In this document: positions 51,301 through 64,000 of the stretch, piece after piece
Numbering within the stretch: position 1 is the first letter of the stretch
Layout of the letters: the number at the start of each line of letters is the position of its first letter
Origin: Lingula anatina
Taxonomy: Eukaryota > Animalia > Brachiopoda
Length of the DNA: 64,000 bases
Assembly: GCA_051362555.1 (NCBI GenBank)
Contig: CM120643.1
Location: forward strand, 3,534,001 to 3,598,000
Direction of reading: 5' to 3'
Program-made: the position numbers and the translations under genes
Notes under the pieces: model-generated
What the model saw: the letters and a program-made list of their open reading frames with translations, nothing else
What the model was told of the DNA's origin: nothing
Databases searched by the model: none

Positions 51301-52645
51301 TTTTAAGTCATGGGATTTGCCAGTCTTTTCAATATAAATTTCAGTTTTCCCCAAATACGTTGTCCCAGAAAACACTTTTCATTAGATACAGTCAACCGAT
51401 CATCTAATCACAGATTTTTATTGTTGTTAAGCATCATTTGTACAAATTTCAGAAACACTGTACAAGATTTGACAAAATTTTTAACGTTTAACTATTTTCA
51501 GTCGTGGGATTTGTCAGTCTTTTCAATGTAAATTTCAGTTTCCCCAAATATATTGTCTCTAAAAGACACTTTTCAATAGACATAGTCAACTGATCAGCTT
51601 ATCACAGATTTTTATTGTTGTTAAGCATCATTTGTACAAATTTCAGAAATATTGGACTAGATTTGACAAAATTATTATCGTTTAACTATTTTAAGTCATG
51701 AGATTTGTCAGTCTTTTCATTGTAAATTTCAGTTTTTTCAGTTGTATTGTTCTTTTTCCAGAGTACCCTTACCATTAAAAGGCAGGCAGTGAAAGACAGC
51801 ATCAAGAGCAGCAATATGTCTTATCCATGTGTACAATACATGATATGTAACAAGATTTAGGACATTGTCAAATATTGTGATAACAACAACCCATTCCAGA
51901 AACCCATTGTAAGGAGTAATCTGCTTCTGGCATTGATAGTAAGGAGAAGTCTTGTATGGGTATATATCGTTTTCCAGATAACAGTTACAGGTAATTTGCA
52001 ACCTCTTACACACACAACCTCAAGTCATCACATTTGCTATTTTATTTTATATTCACATTGCAAAATTATAAACATTTAACTATTTTAAGCCATGGAATTT
52101 GGCAGTGTTTTCAGTGTAATTTTCAGTTTTTTCAAAGATATTGTCGCAAGAAGATACTTTTTATTAGACACAGTCATTTGATCAGCTTATCACAGATTTT
52201 TATTGTTGTAAAGCATCATTAGTACAAATTTCAGAAACACTGTACAAGATTTGACAAAATTATTAACGTTTCACCATTTTAAGTCATGGATTTGCCAGTC
52301 TTTTCAATGTAAATTTCAGTTTTAAACATTTTTTCATTAGATACAGTCAACAGATCATCTAATCACAGATTTTTATTGTTGTTAAGCATCATTTGTACAA
52401 ATTTCAGAAACACTGTACAAGATTTGACAAAATTATTAACGTTTCACTATTTTCAGTCGTGGGATTTGTCAGTCTTTTCAGTCTAAATTTCAGTTTCCCC
52501 AAATATATTGTCTCTAAAAGACACTTTTCAATAGACACAGTCAACTGATCAGCTTTTTCACAGATTTTTATTGTTGTTAAGCATCATTTGAACAAATTTC
52601 AGAAATATTGGACAAGATTTGACAAAATTATTAACGTTTAACTAT
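45320..52645. repeat. ~194-bp satellite with higher-order repeat, left part
   Basis: The anchor cacagattttt recurs at 46547, 46739, 46933, 47127, 47321, 47907, 48100, 48294 and onward. The ~300-bp non-satellite block occurs 6 times. Monomers degenerate toward the left edge. Confidence 0.97.
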
Positions 52646-55600
52646 TAGGCCAGTCAATAAACAACTTAGGTTGGAAAAAATTGGTGACAAAGGTTTCTCA
52701 ACTGATTCTGGTCCGTTGAAGGCCCAATATAGCCCAAAAAATTTCCCCCATGAATCCCCCCATGGCAAAGTCTCATTTTCCACAAAAATCCAAAATGGCC
52801 GCTATTGAATGGAGTGGGTGGACTTGAAATCCATAACTTGGGATCCCAATGTCACAGAAACATGTTTTAAGTATCAAATCCTACTAAGTGAGGGATCCCC
52901 AATCTTTTGCAACTAGTCTCAAGGTCACTGGAGGTCAAGGTCATGACCTTATTACAAGATCAAGGCATTTTTGGAGAAAAAAACCCATAATGTCTATATG
53001 ACAGTTTCCCAGTGTCACAGAAACATGTTTTAAGTACCAACTCCTACTAAGTGAGTGATCCCCAATCTTTTGCAACTAGTCTCAAGGTACTGGATGTCAA
53101 GGTCATGACCTTATTACAAGGTCAAAGCATTTTTGGAGGAAAAAAACCCTGTAATGTCTATGTGACAGTTTCCCAATGTCACAGAAACATGTTTTAAGTA
53201 TCAACTCCTACTAAGTGAGTGATCCCCAATCTTTTGCAACTAGTCTCAAGGTTACTGAGGTCAAGGTCATGACCTTATTACAAGGTCAAAGCATTTTTGG
53301 AGCAAAAAAACCCATAATGTCTATATGACAGTTCCCCTGTTGTCATAGAAACATGTTATAAGAAACAGTATCAACCAAGTGGGACACTGCCAAACACTTG
53401 CAACTATTTTCAAGGTCACCAGAGACCAAGATTATGAAAAAATTTCAAGGGCATAGTATTTTCCAAGTGAATTATATCATATTATCTATAACTTGGTAAC
53501 CGTACGTCACTAAAGCATGCATGTTTAATGTATCAATTCCTACTAAATGAGAAGTCAACAATCAATTGGAACTAATTTAAAGGTCACCAGAGGTTAAGGT
53601 TATGACCGCTAATTACAAGATCGTAAGATTTTCAAGCGAAATTCCATAATTTCTCAATTACCAAATGTTACAGAAAAGTGTTTAGCATGCCAATAATGCC
53701 TTGTAAATGGGGTCCTGTTTATCATTTGCAACTATTTCCAAAATCTAGGAGGTACAGGATTGACCTTATTGCAAGGTCATCATGAAATTTAACGAAAATT
53801 TGATTCTAGGGTGATCTAAGTACAACACATAAGATTGTTTAAGAGCAAAATATGCATCTCCATTTTTCATGACAAATGTTACATTTTATAGAGCGACCTG
53901 AGCCCATTGTTGTTTGATGTAAATACTTCATTTTAATACCGGTACTATTGGCATAAGCTCTCTTCTTGTCTGCCCAATGATTGACCTAAAGCCTTCTTGT
54001 CCCACCTTTGTATGTATGGTCTAATTTGAAGTATCTGTGTGCCATTGTAGAGAGGAGATAGTGGATACAGCACATTTATTTGCCCATTTAATCAGTATCT
54101 GTATTTGGTTGCTTTTATGACAACCAAAGGCTAGCCATTACTGAATTGCCAATGGTAAAATGTGTTGATTCTTAATGGTTGATTCAATACCTATAGCTCC
54201 GACTCTGCTCCATCATGGATGGGTGAGGTCTAAAAGCTATACCCTCTCCCAAGCCTACTGAGCATGCTGTCGCAAGTCGATACTTGGGTTAATTGGGTAA
54301 TTTTAGGCTTCGTTCACATGCAATGTCTATTTTCTATTTTCTATTTTCTATTTTCGGTATGTCTTATGATCACGGTCTGTGCACTGAATATCCCGCCGCG
54401 TAATTACTGGCAGCGCGAGCCAGTTACTTATAGTAACTTATAGTAACTGGCTCGCGCTGCCAGTAATTACGCCGCGGGATATTCAGTGCACAGACCGTGA
54501 TCATAAGACATACCGAAAATAGAAAATAGAAAATAGAAAATAGACATTGCATGTGAACGAAGCCTTAATGTGCTGAGTGGGAAATTAGTAACTTGTCTTG
54601 TGTGAAGACAAACTTGTAGATGGTGCCCTTTGAGCGTCATTTCAGCATCTGTTTTCCTAAATATCCCAATTATTGGTCCTGCAGTGGGATTCTGAAATAA
54701 GCAGCAGGCCACTTGCTGGGGAGAACTTGTTCACTACAAGTGAACTCTCTATTAGAAAGTGTAATGTTTTGGTCGACAAACTTTAAAGCTGCTGTTTTTT
54801 GGTGTGCTCATCTGTGTCAAAAGTAGTTATATGTTTTCATATCATGCCAGCTCCTGTCAGATTGGAGAACTAGTACTGAGACATGATCGCAAACTGGAAG
54901 TTTTTATCAGGTCTGTTAGGATAGGAAACTGGCTACAGGCTCTCACCACCATCCCTCGTTTACTTTGCTGCATCTCATTCAACAGTCATTATGACAAGCT
55001 AGCAGTCTCAAAAGGGGGGAGGGGGGCTTTTTTTCTGAAAAAAGTGGACCTAGAAATATTTGTGTACCAAGATAAAATTTTACCCAGAATGCCACTGGCT
55101 ACAGGCCTGTATTTGATGGTCAAAGCACCAAGGACAAGGGACGTACAAACAGTTGTAGCTGTGGGCGAGGATCTAACACGTACGTAAAGGACTTTGTATC
55201 CTTCAGTTTGAAGCTCATCATGTAACTAGTCTTATGTAACTAGCCTTCTAACAAATATCAGTTGATCAGGTGGTAATAAATGCTTATTAATTGTTGTGCA
55301 TTAATGCAGACTGCCTTATCCTCAAGTTGCATTGAAGTAAATAGTCCAACTTATCTGCAGAGGACACATTTGCCTTTTAACCACTGTCCATCATGCAGTC
55401 AAATTGTTCCTTGAATTTGTCCAGGAAAATGTATTTCACCTCTGAAAGGGACTCTTTTATTTGACCCATATCCCACAACTACATGTAGACCTACTGTTAG
55501 TATAGAGACCCACAGCTAGCAATTGTGATAAACTTGTGGCTAGTAAGTTTGAAGATTTGAGAGAAGCACTGGAAGTGTATATCAATGAGAAATCAAGATT

Positions 55601-57307
55601 TGATGGTTTTTAAAAGCTGGAGAGATGTTCAAAGTGTGTAGCAACCTGTCTTCTGGGCAAAAAGGTAAATACCATAAAAAGGTGCCATTCCACCTGGTTA
55701 TATTTCCCCCCAGCCTGTGGCCAATATAAAACGTCCTCATTTCTAATTCCATAATATTTTATCTAAATGTTTATGTACCCAAAATGAATTAATTCCCCCA
55801 TTGCAGTATTATAGAATGCTGTAATATTCCAATTTTTTACATGTCTTATATGAGGCTATGTACAATGGTTATTGTGTAAAAGGCTGTCTTTGCCCAGTAT
55901 GAAACAAGTTTATGTCATGTTATTAAGCTTTAAAGGTCTCCCACATGTATCTGAAGTTTTTGAAGAAATGTAATTGCTCGACTCCTCCCTGCAATAGAAT
56001 AGGAAGTTTTGAACAATGTAGTTCTGACATATAGTGGAATATTCACACAAGGTTCAGGTACTTCAATACTTGATGTTTTTTTTTTCACTTTTAGTTCCTG
56101 TATAATGTAAAATACAGCTTTATTTAAACATATATCTGTGTAACACTTAGTGATTTTGAAATGGGTACAGTATACCCTTAAGCCTTGTAAACCGAATGTC
56201 ATTGATTTAAATGAGTACCATGCAGTAGTGCCGATGCCTTTTCTGTAATGAAATATTCTTTAAACAATCACCTGTGTTGTTTTTGATTAGTGTAAAATCA
56301 ATTTTTCTTAAATGTTATAACAACCTTGTTATAAGGATATGACCCTGACCGCTGGTGATCCTAGAAATAGTTTCAAATGATCGGCAATATGTTACTTAGT
56401 ATGAATCGATACTTTCAACATGTTTCTGTGAAATAGGGTTATCAAAATATAGACATGATGGCATTTTGTTCAAGCTTAAAATGCCATGACCTTGAAAATA
56501 AGGTCATGACATTGACCTCTGGTGGCCTAGAAAGCATTTACAAATTATTCGCAGAACCTCACTTAGTAGGAAATGATATTTAAACATGCTTCTGTGACAT
56601 CCAATTACAAAGGTTTAGATAATATGGGAATTTTCTGCTCGCAAAATGCAGTGTCCTTGAAATTACGGGCATGACCTTGACCTCTAATGACTCTGAATAA
56701 ATTTGCAAAAGATTGGTGGTGCACTATTCAATAATAGTTAAGACTAAAATATGTTTTTGTGACATTAGGTTACCAATATATGGACATCACGTCATTTTTT
56801 TGCTCGCAAAATGTATAGATCTTGTGATTAGGTCATGACCTTGACCTCCTGTGACCTTGAAAGTGGTTGCAAAAGATTGGGGATCCCTCACTTAGTAGGA
56901 GTTGATACTTTAAACGTGTTTCTGTGACATTGGGAAACTGTCATATAGACATTATGGGTTTTTTTTCTCCAAAAATGCCTTGATCTTGTAATAAGGTCAT
57001 GACCTTGACCTCCAGTGACCTTGAGACTAGTTGCAAAAGATTGGGGATCCCTCACTTAGTAGGAGTTGATACTTAAAACATGTTTCTGTCACATTGGGTT
57101 CCCAAGTTATGGATTTCAAGTCCACCCACCCCATTCAATAGCGGCCATTTTGGATTTTTGTGGAAAACGAGACTTTGCCATGGGGGGATTCATGGGGGAA
57201 ATTTTTTGGGTTATATTGGGCCTTCAACGGACCAGAATCAGTTGAGAAACCTTTGTCACCAATTTTTTCCAACCTCAATGGGGAAAATATGCTCGTTTAC
57301 TGGCCTA
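52646..57307. mobile_element. Academ-like non-autonomous DNA transposon (4662 bp) with ~1-kb inverted arms
   Basis: Termini TAGGCCAGT...ACTGGCCTA with a 3-bp TSD TAT (52643-52645 and 57308-57310). Removing the element restores the satellite sequence aactattttaagtcgtgg. The arms are near-identical over the outer ~400 bp and are built of ~164-bp subrepeats. TAG..CTA ends with a 3-bp TSD fit the Academ superfamily. Confidence 0.8.
54306..54564. mobile_element. Near-perfect hairpin PIF/Harbinger MITE (259 bp) nested in the Academ-like element
   Basis: ggcttcgttcacatg...catgtgaacgaagcc with a TTA TSD (54303-54305 and 54565-54567). The arms are ~120 bp, with one mismatch that I could see. Confidence 0.9.
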
Positions 57308-60300
57308 TATTTTAAGTCGTGGAATTTGGCAGTGTTTTTAGAGTAATTTTCAGTTTTCTCAAATATGTCATCTGAAGAAAATACTTTTCAATAGATAAAG
57401 GCAACTAATCAACTTATCACAGATTTTTATTGTTGTTAAGCATCATTTGTACAAATTTCAGAAATATTGGACTAGATTTGACAAAATTATTATCGTTTAA
57501 CTATTTTAAGTCATGAGATTTGCCAGTCTTTTCAATGATATTTTCAGTTTTTTCAGTTATATTGTTCTTTTTCCAGAGTACCCTTACCATGGAAAAGCAG
57601 GTAGTGAAAGACAGCACCAAGAGCAGCACTATGTCTTATCCATGTGTACAATACATGATATGTGGCAAGATTTAGGACATTGTCAAATATTGTGATAACA
57701 ACAACCCATTCCAGAAACCCATTGTAAGGAGTAATCTGCTTCTGGCATTGATAGTAAGGAGAAGTCTTGTATGGGTATATATTGTTTTCCAGATAACAGT
57801 TATGGGTAATTTGCAACCTCTTACACAAACAACCTCAAATCATCACATTTTCAATTTAATTTATAATCACATTGCAAAATTATAAACATTTAACTATTTT
57901 AAGCCATGGAATTTGCCATTGTTTTCAGTGTAATTTACAATTTTTTCAAAGATATTGTCCCAAAAAACACTTTTCATTAGACACAGTCATATGATCAGCT
58001 TATCACAGATTTTTATTGTTGTTAAGCATCATTTGTATAATTTTCAGAAACACTGGACGAGATTTGACAAAATTATTAATGTTTAACTATTTTAAGTCCT
58101 GGAATTTGCCAGTCTTTTCAATGTAAATTTCAGTTTTCCCAAATACTTTGTCCCAAAAAACACTTTTCATTAGATATGGTCAACAGATCATCTTATCACA
58201 GATTTTTAATGTTGTTAACCAGCATTTGTACAAATTTCAGAAACACTGTACAAGATTTGACAAAATTATTAACGTTTAACTATTTTAAGTCGTGGGATTT
58301 GTCAGTCTTTTCAATGTAAATTTCAGTTTCTCTAAATATATTGTCTCTAAAAGACACTTTTCATTAAACACAGTCATCTGATCAGCTTATCACAGATTTT
58401 TATTGTTGTTAAGCATCATTTGTACAAATTTCAGAAATATTGGACTAGATTTGACAAAATTATTATCGTTTAACTATTTTAAGTCATGAGATTTGCCAGT
58501 CTTTTCAATGATATTTTCAGTTTTTTCAGTTATATTGTTCTTTTTCCAGAGTACCCTTACCATGGAAAAGCAGGTAGTGAAAGACAGCACCAAGAGCAGC
58601 ACTATGTCTTATCCATGTGTACAATACATGATATGTGGCAAGATTTAGGACATTGTCAAATATTGTGATAGCAACAACCCATTCCAGAAACCCATTGTAA
58701 GGAGTAATCTGCTTCTGGCATTGATAGTAAGGAGAAGTCTTGTATGGGTATATATTGTTTTCCAGATAACAGTTATGGGTAATTTGCAACCTCTTACACA
58801 AACAACCTCAAATCATCACATTTTCAATTTAATTTATAATCACATTGCAAAATTATAAACATTTAACTATTTTAAGCCATGGAATTTGCCATTGTTTTCA
58901 GTGTAATTTACAATATTTTTTCAAAGATATTGTCCCAAAAAACACTTTTCATTAGACACAGTCATATGATCAGCTTATCACAGATTTTTATTGTTGTTAA
59001 GCATCATTTGTATAATTTTTAGAAACACTGGACGAGATTTGACAAAATTATTAATGTTTAACTATTTTAAGTCCTGGAATTTGCCAGTCTTTTCAATGTA
59101 AATTTCAGTTTTCCAAAATACTTTGTCCCAAAAAACACTTTTCATTAGATATGGTCAACAGATCATCTTATCACAGATTTTTAATGTTGTTAACCAGCAT
59201 TTGTACAAATTTCAGAAACACTGTACAAGATTTGACAAAATTATTAACGTTTAACTATTTTAAGTCGTGGGATTTGTCAGTCTTTTCAATGTAAATTTCA
59301 GTTTCTCTAAATATATTGTCTCTAAAAGACACTTTTCATTAAACACAGTCATCTGATCAGCTTATCACAGATTTTTATTGTTGTTAAGCATCATTTGTAC
59401 AAATTTCAGAAATATTGGACTAGATTTGACAAAATTATTATCGTTTAACTATTTTAAGTCATGAGATTTGCCAGTCTTTTCAATGAAATTTTCAGTTTTT
59501 TCAGTTATATTGTTCTTTTTCCAGAGTACCCTTACCATGAAAAGGCAGGCAGTGAAAGACAGCATCAAGAGCAGCAATATGTCTTATCCATGTGTACAGT
59601 ACATGATATGTAACAAGATTTAGGACATTGTCAAATATTGTGATAACAACAACCCATTCCAGAAACCCATTGTAAGGAGTAATCTGCATCTGGCATTGAT
59701 AGTAAGGAGAAGTCTTGTATGGGTATATATCGTTTTCCAGATAACAGTTATAGGTAATTTGCAACCTCTTACACACACAACCTCAAGTCATCACATTTGC
59801 TATTTTATTTTATATTCACATTGCAAAATTATTAACATTTAACTATTTTAAGCCATGGAATTTGGCAGTGTTTTCAGTGTAATTTTCAGTTTTTTCAAAG
59901 ATATTGTCGCAAGAAGATACTTTTTATTAGACACAGTCATTTGATCAGCTTATCACAGATTTTTATTGTTGTAAAGCATCATTTGTATAATTTTCAGAAA
60001 CACTGTACAAGATTTGACAAAATTATTAACGTTTAACCATTTTAAGTCATGGAATTGCCAGTCTTTTCAATGTAAATTTCAGTTTTCCCAAATCCGTTGT
60101 CCCAAAAAACACTTTTCACTAGATGCAGTCAACAGATCATCTAATCACAGATTTTTATTGTTGTTAAGCATCATTAGTACAAATTTCAGAAACACTGTAC
60201 AAGATTTGACAAAATTATTAACGTTTCACCATTTTAAGTCATGGGATTTGCCAGTCTTTTCAATATAAATTTCAGTTTTCCCCAAATACGTTGTCCCAGA

Positions 60301-63300
60301 AAACACTTTTCATTAGATACAGTCAACCGATCATCTAATCACAGATTTTTATTGTTGTTAAGCATCATTTGTACAAATTTCAGAAACACTGTACAAGATT
60401 TGACAAAATTATTAACGTTTAACTATTTTCAGTCGTGGGATTTGTCAGTCTTTTCAATGTAAATTTCAGTTTCCCCAAATATATTGTCTCTAAAAGACAC
60501 TTTTCAATAGACATAGTCAACTGATCAGCTTATCACAGATTTTTATTGTTGTTAAGCATCATTTGTACAAATTTCAGAAATATTGGACTAGATTTGACAA
60601 AATTATTATCGTTTAACTATTTTAAGTCATGAGATTTGCCAGTCTTTTCAATGTAATTTTCAGTTTTTTCAGTTATATTATTCTTTTTCCAGAGTACCCT
60701 TACCATGAAAAAGCAGGCAGTGAAAGACAGCACCAAGAGCAGCATTTTGTCTTATCCATGTGTACAATACATGATATGTGGCAAGATTTAGGACATTGTC
60801 AAATATTGTGATAACAACAACCCATTCCAGAAACCCATTGTAAGGAGTAATCTGCATCTGTCATTGATAGTAAGGAGAAGTCTTGTATGGGTATATATTG
60901 TTTTCCAGATAATAGTTATAGGTAATTTGCAACCTCTTACACACACAACCTCGAGTCATCACATTTGCTATTTTATTTTATATTCACATTGCAAAATTAT
61001 AAACATTTAACTATTTTAAGCCATGGAATTTGGCAGTGTTTTCAGTGTAATTTTCAGTTTTTTCAAAGATATTGTCGCAAGAAGATACTTTTTATTAGAC
61101 ACAGTCATTTGATCAGCTTATCACAGATTTTTATTGTTGTAAAGCATCATTTGTATAATTTTCAGAAACACTGTACAAGATTTGACAAAATTATTAACGT
61201 TTAACCATTTTAAGTCATGGAATTGCCAGTCTTTTCAATGTAAATTTCAGTTTTCCCAAATCCGTTGTCCCAAAAAACACTTTTCACTAGATGCAGTCAA
61301 CAGATCATCTAATCACAGATTTTTATTGTTGTTAAGCATCATTAGTACAAATTTCAGAAACACTGTACAAGATTTGACAAAATTATTAACGTTTAACCAT
61401 TTTAAGTCATGGGATTTGCCAGTCTTTTCAATGTAAATTTCAGTTTTCCCCAAATACGTTGTCCCAGAAAACACTTTTCATTAGATACAGTCAACAGATC
61501 ATCTAATCACAGATTTTTATTGTTGTTAAGCATCATTTGTACAAATTTCAGAAACACTGTACAAGATTTGACAAAATTTTTAACGTTTAACTATTTTCAG
61601 TCGTGGGATTTGTCAGTCTTTTCAATGTAAATTTCAGTTTCCCCAAATATATTGTCTCTAAAAGACACTTTTCAATAGACACAGTCAACTGATCAGCTTA
61701 TCACAGATTTTTATTGTTGTTAAGCATCATTTGTAAAAATTTCAGAAATATTGGACAAGATTTGACAAAATTATTAACGTTTAACTATTTTAAGTCGTGG
61801 AATTTGGCAGTGTTTTTAGAGTAATTTTCAGTTTTCTCAAATATGTCATCTGAAGAAAATACTTTTCAATAGATAAAGGCAATTAATCAACTTATCACAG
61901 ATTTTTATTGTTGTTAAGCATCATTTGTACAAATTTCAGAAATATTGGACTAGATTTGACAAAATTATTATCGTTTAACTATTTTAAGTCATGAGATTTG
62001 CCAGTCTTTTCAATGATATTTTCAGTTTTTTCAGTTATATTGTTCTTTTTCCAGAGTACCCTTACCATGGAAAAGCAGGTAGTGAAAGACAGCACCAAGA
62101 GCAGCACTATGTCTTATCCATGTGTACAATACATGATATGTGGCAAGATTTAGGACATTGTCAAATATTGTGATAACAACAACCCATTCCAGAAACCCAT
62201 TGTAAGGAGTAATCTGCTTCTGGCATTGATAGTAAGGAGAAGTCTTGTATGGGTATATATTGTTTTCCAGATAACAGTTATGGGTAATTTGCAACCTCTT
62301 ACACAAACAACCTCAAATCATCACATTTTCAATTTAATTTATAATCACATTGCAAAATTATAAACATTTAACTATTTTAAGCCATGGAATTTGCCATTGT
62401 TTTCAGTGTAATTTACAATATTTTTTCAAAGATATTGTCCCAAAAAACACTTTTCATTAGACACAGTCATATGATCAGCTTATCACAGATTTTTATTGTT
62501 GTTAAGCATCATTTGTATAATTTTCAGAAACACTGGACGAGATTTGACAAAATTATTAATGTTTAACTATTTTAAGTCCTGGAATTTGCCAGTCTTTTCA
62601 ATGTAAATTTCAGTTTTCCAAAATACTTTGTCCCAAAAAACACTTTTCATTAGATATGGTCAACAGATCATCTTATCACAGATTTTTAATGTTGTTAACC
62701 AGCATTTGTACAAATTTCAGAAACACTGTACAAGATTTGACAAAATTATTAACGTTTAACTATTTTAAGTCGTGGGATTTGTCAGTCTTTTCAATGTAAA
62801 TTTCAGTTTCTCTAAATATATTGTCTCTAAAAGACACTTTTCATTAAACACAGTCATCTGATCAGCTTATCACAGATTTTTATTGTTGTTAAGCATCATT
62901 TGTACAAATTTAAGAAATATTGGACTAGATTTGACAAAATTATTATCGTTTAACTATTTTAAGTCATGAGATTTGCCAGTCTTTTCAATGAAATTTTCAG
63001 TTTTTTCAGTTATATTGTTCTTTTTCCAGAGTACCCTTACCATGAAAAGGCAGGCAGTGAAAGACAGCATCAAGAGCAGCAATATGTCTTATCCATGTGT
63101 ACAATACATGATATGTAACAAGATTTAGGACATTGTCAAATATTGTGATAACAACAACCCATTCCAGAAACCCATTGTAAGGAGTAATCTGCATCTGGCA
63201 TTGATAGTAAGGAGAAGTCTTGTATGGGTATATATCGTTTTCCAGATAACAGTTATAGGTAATTTGCAACCTCTTACACACACAACCTCAAGTCATCACA

Positions 63301-64000
63301 TTTGCTATTTTATTTTATATTCACATTGCAAAATTATTAACATTTAACTATTTTAAGCCATGGAATTTGGCAGTGTTTTCAGTGTAATTTTCAGTTTTTT
63401 CAAAGATATTGTCGCAAGAAGATACTTTTTATTAGACACAGTCATTTGATCAGCTTATCACAGATTTTTATTGTTGTAAAGCATCATTTGTATAATTTTC
63501 AGAAACACTGTACAAGATTTGACAAAATTATTAACGTTTAACCATTTTAAGTCATGGAATTGCCAGTCTTTTCAATGTAAATTTCAGTTTTCCCAAATCC
63601 GTTGTCCCAAAAAACACTTTTCACTAGATGCAGTCAACAGATCATCTAATCACAGATTTTTATTGTTGTTAAGCATCATTAGTACAAATTTCAGAAACAC
63701 TGTACAAGATTTGACAAAATTATTAACGTTTCACCATTTTAAGTCATGGGATTTGCCAGTCTTTTCAATATAAATTTCAGTTTTCCCCAAATACGTTGTC
63801 CCAGAAAACACTTTTCATTAGATACAGTCAACCGATCATCTAATCACAGATTTTTATTGTTGTTAAGCATCATTTGTACAAATTTCAGAAACACTGTACA
63901 AGATTTGACAAAATTATTAACGTTTAACTATTTTCAGTCGTGGGATTTGTCAGTCTTTTCAATGTAAATTTCAGTTTCCCCAAATATATTGTCTCTAAAA
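57308..64000. repeat. ~194-bp satellite with higher-order repeat, right part (continues beyond the window)
   Basis: Same monomer variants as the left part, with 6 more copies of the ~300-bp block. Confidence 0.97.

Noticed and set aside
54467-54712. 81-aa ORF
   Set aside because: It runs through the palindromic MITE arm and is a chance open frame.
54804-55187. 127-aa ORF as the Academ transposase
   Set aside because: It has a GTG start and no DDE, nuclease or helicase motif that I can recognise.
46390-63967. Many recurring 60-91 aa ORFs in the satellite as a multigene family
   Set aside because: They recur because the DNA is tandemly repeated, many use non-ATG starts, and differences between variants of the 91-aa frame are mostly nonsynonymous.
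45320-64000. Repeat/spacer-like alternation suggestive of a CRISPR array
   Set aside because: The units are 194-586 bp, the 'spacers' are near-identical copies, there are no cas genes, and the context is eukaryotic.

Overview
This is AT-rich animal genomic DNA. The repeat families suggest an invertebrate, probably a lophotrochozoan such as a mollusc (inference). I see no prokaryotic features, rRNA or CRISPR. The window has three zones. (1) 1-42157 is a large tandem segmental duplication: copy A at 1-~20005 and copy B at 24102-~42157, offset ~24.1 kb at the start. The copies differ by many transposon insertions, and the empty site is usually visible in the other copy. Both copies carry a spliced minus-strand gene that the ORF track misses: a short acidic N-terminus, a CBM20 (starch/glycogen-binding) domain, an array of phase-1 micro-exons, and a basic amphipathic Cys-containing tail. 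The two copies have different inactivating lesions. (2) ~42160-45300 is decayed coding-like sequence of unknown family plus a 62-bp minisatellite. (3) ~45320-64000 is a ~194-bp satellite with a higher-order structure punctuated by 12 copies of a ~300-bp non-satellite block. It is interrupted by a 4.66-kb Academ-like long-TIR element, which itself contains a near-perfect 259-bp hairpin Harbinger MITE. The only long ORF (32157-33488) is a 5'-truncated, frameshifted LINE reverse transcriptase. All coordinates were read by eye and may be off by a few bases. Family assignments come from motif recognition, not database searches.
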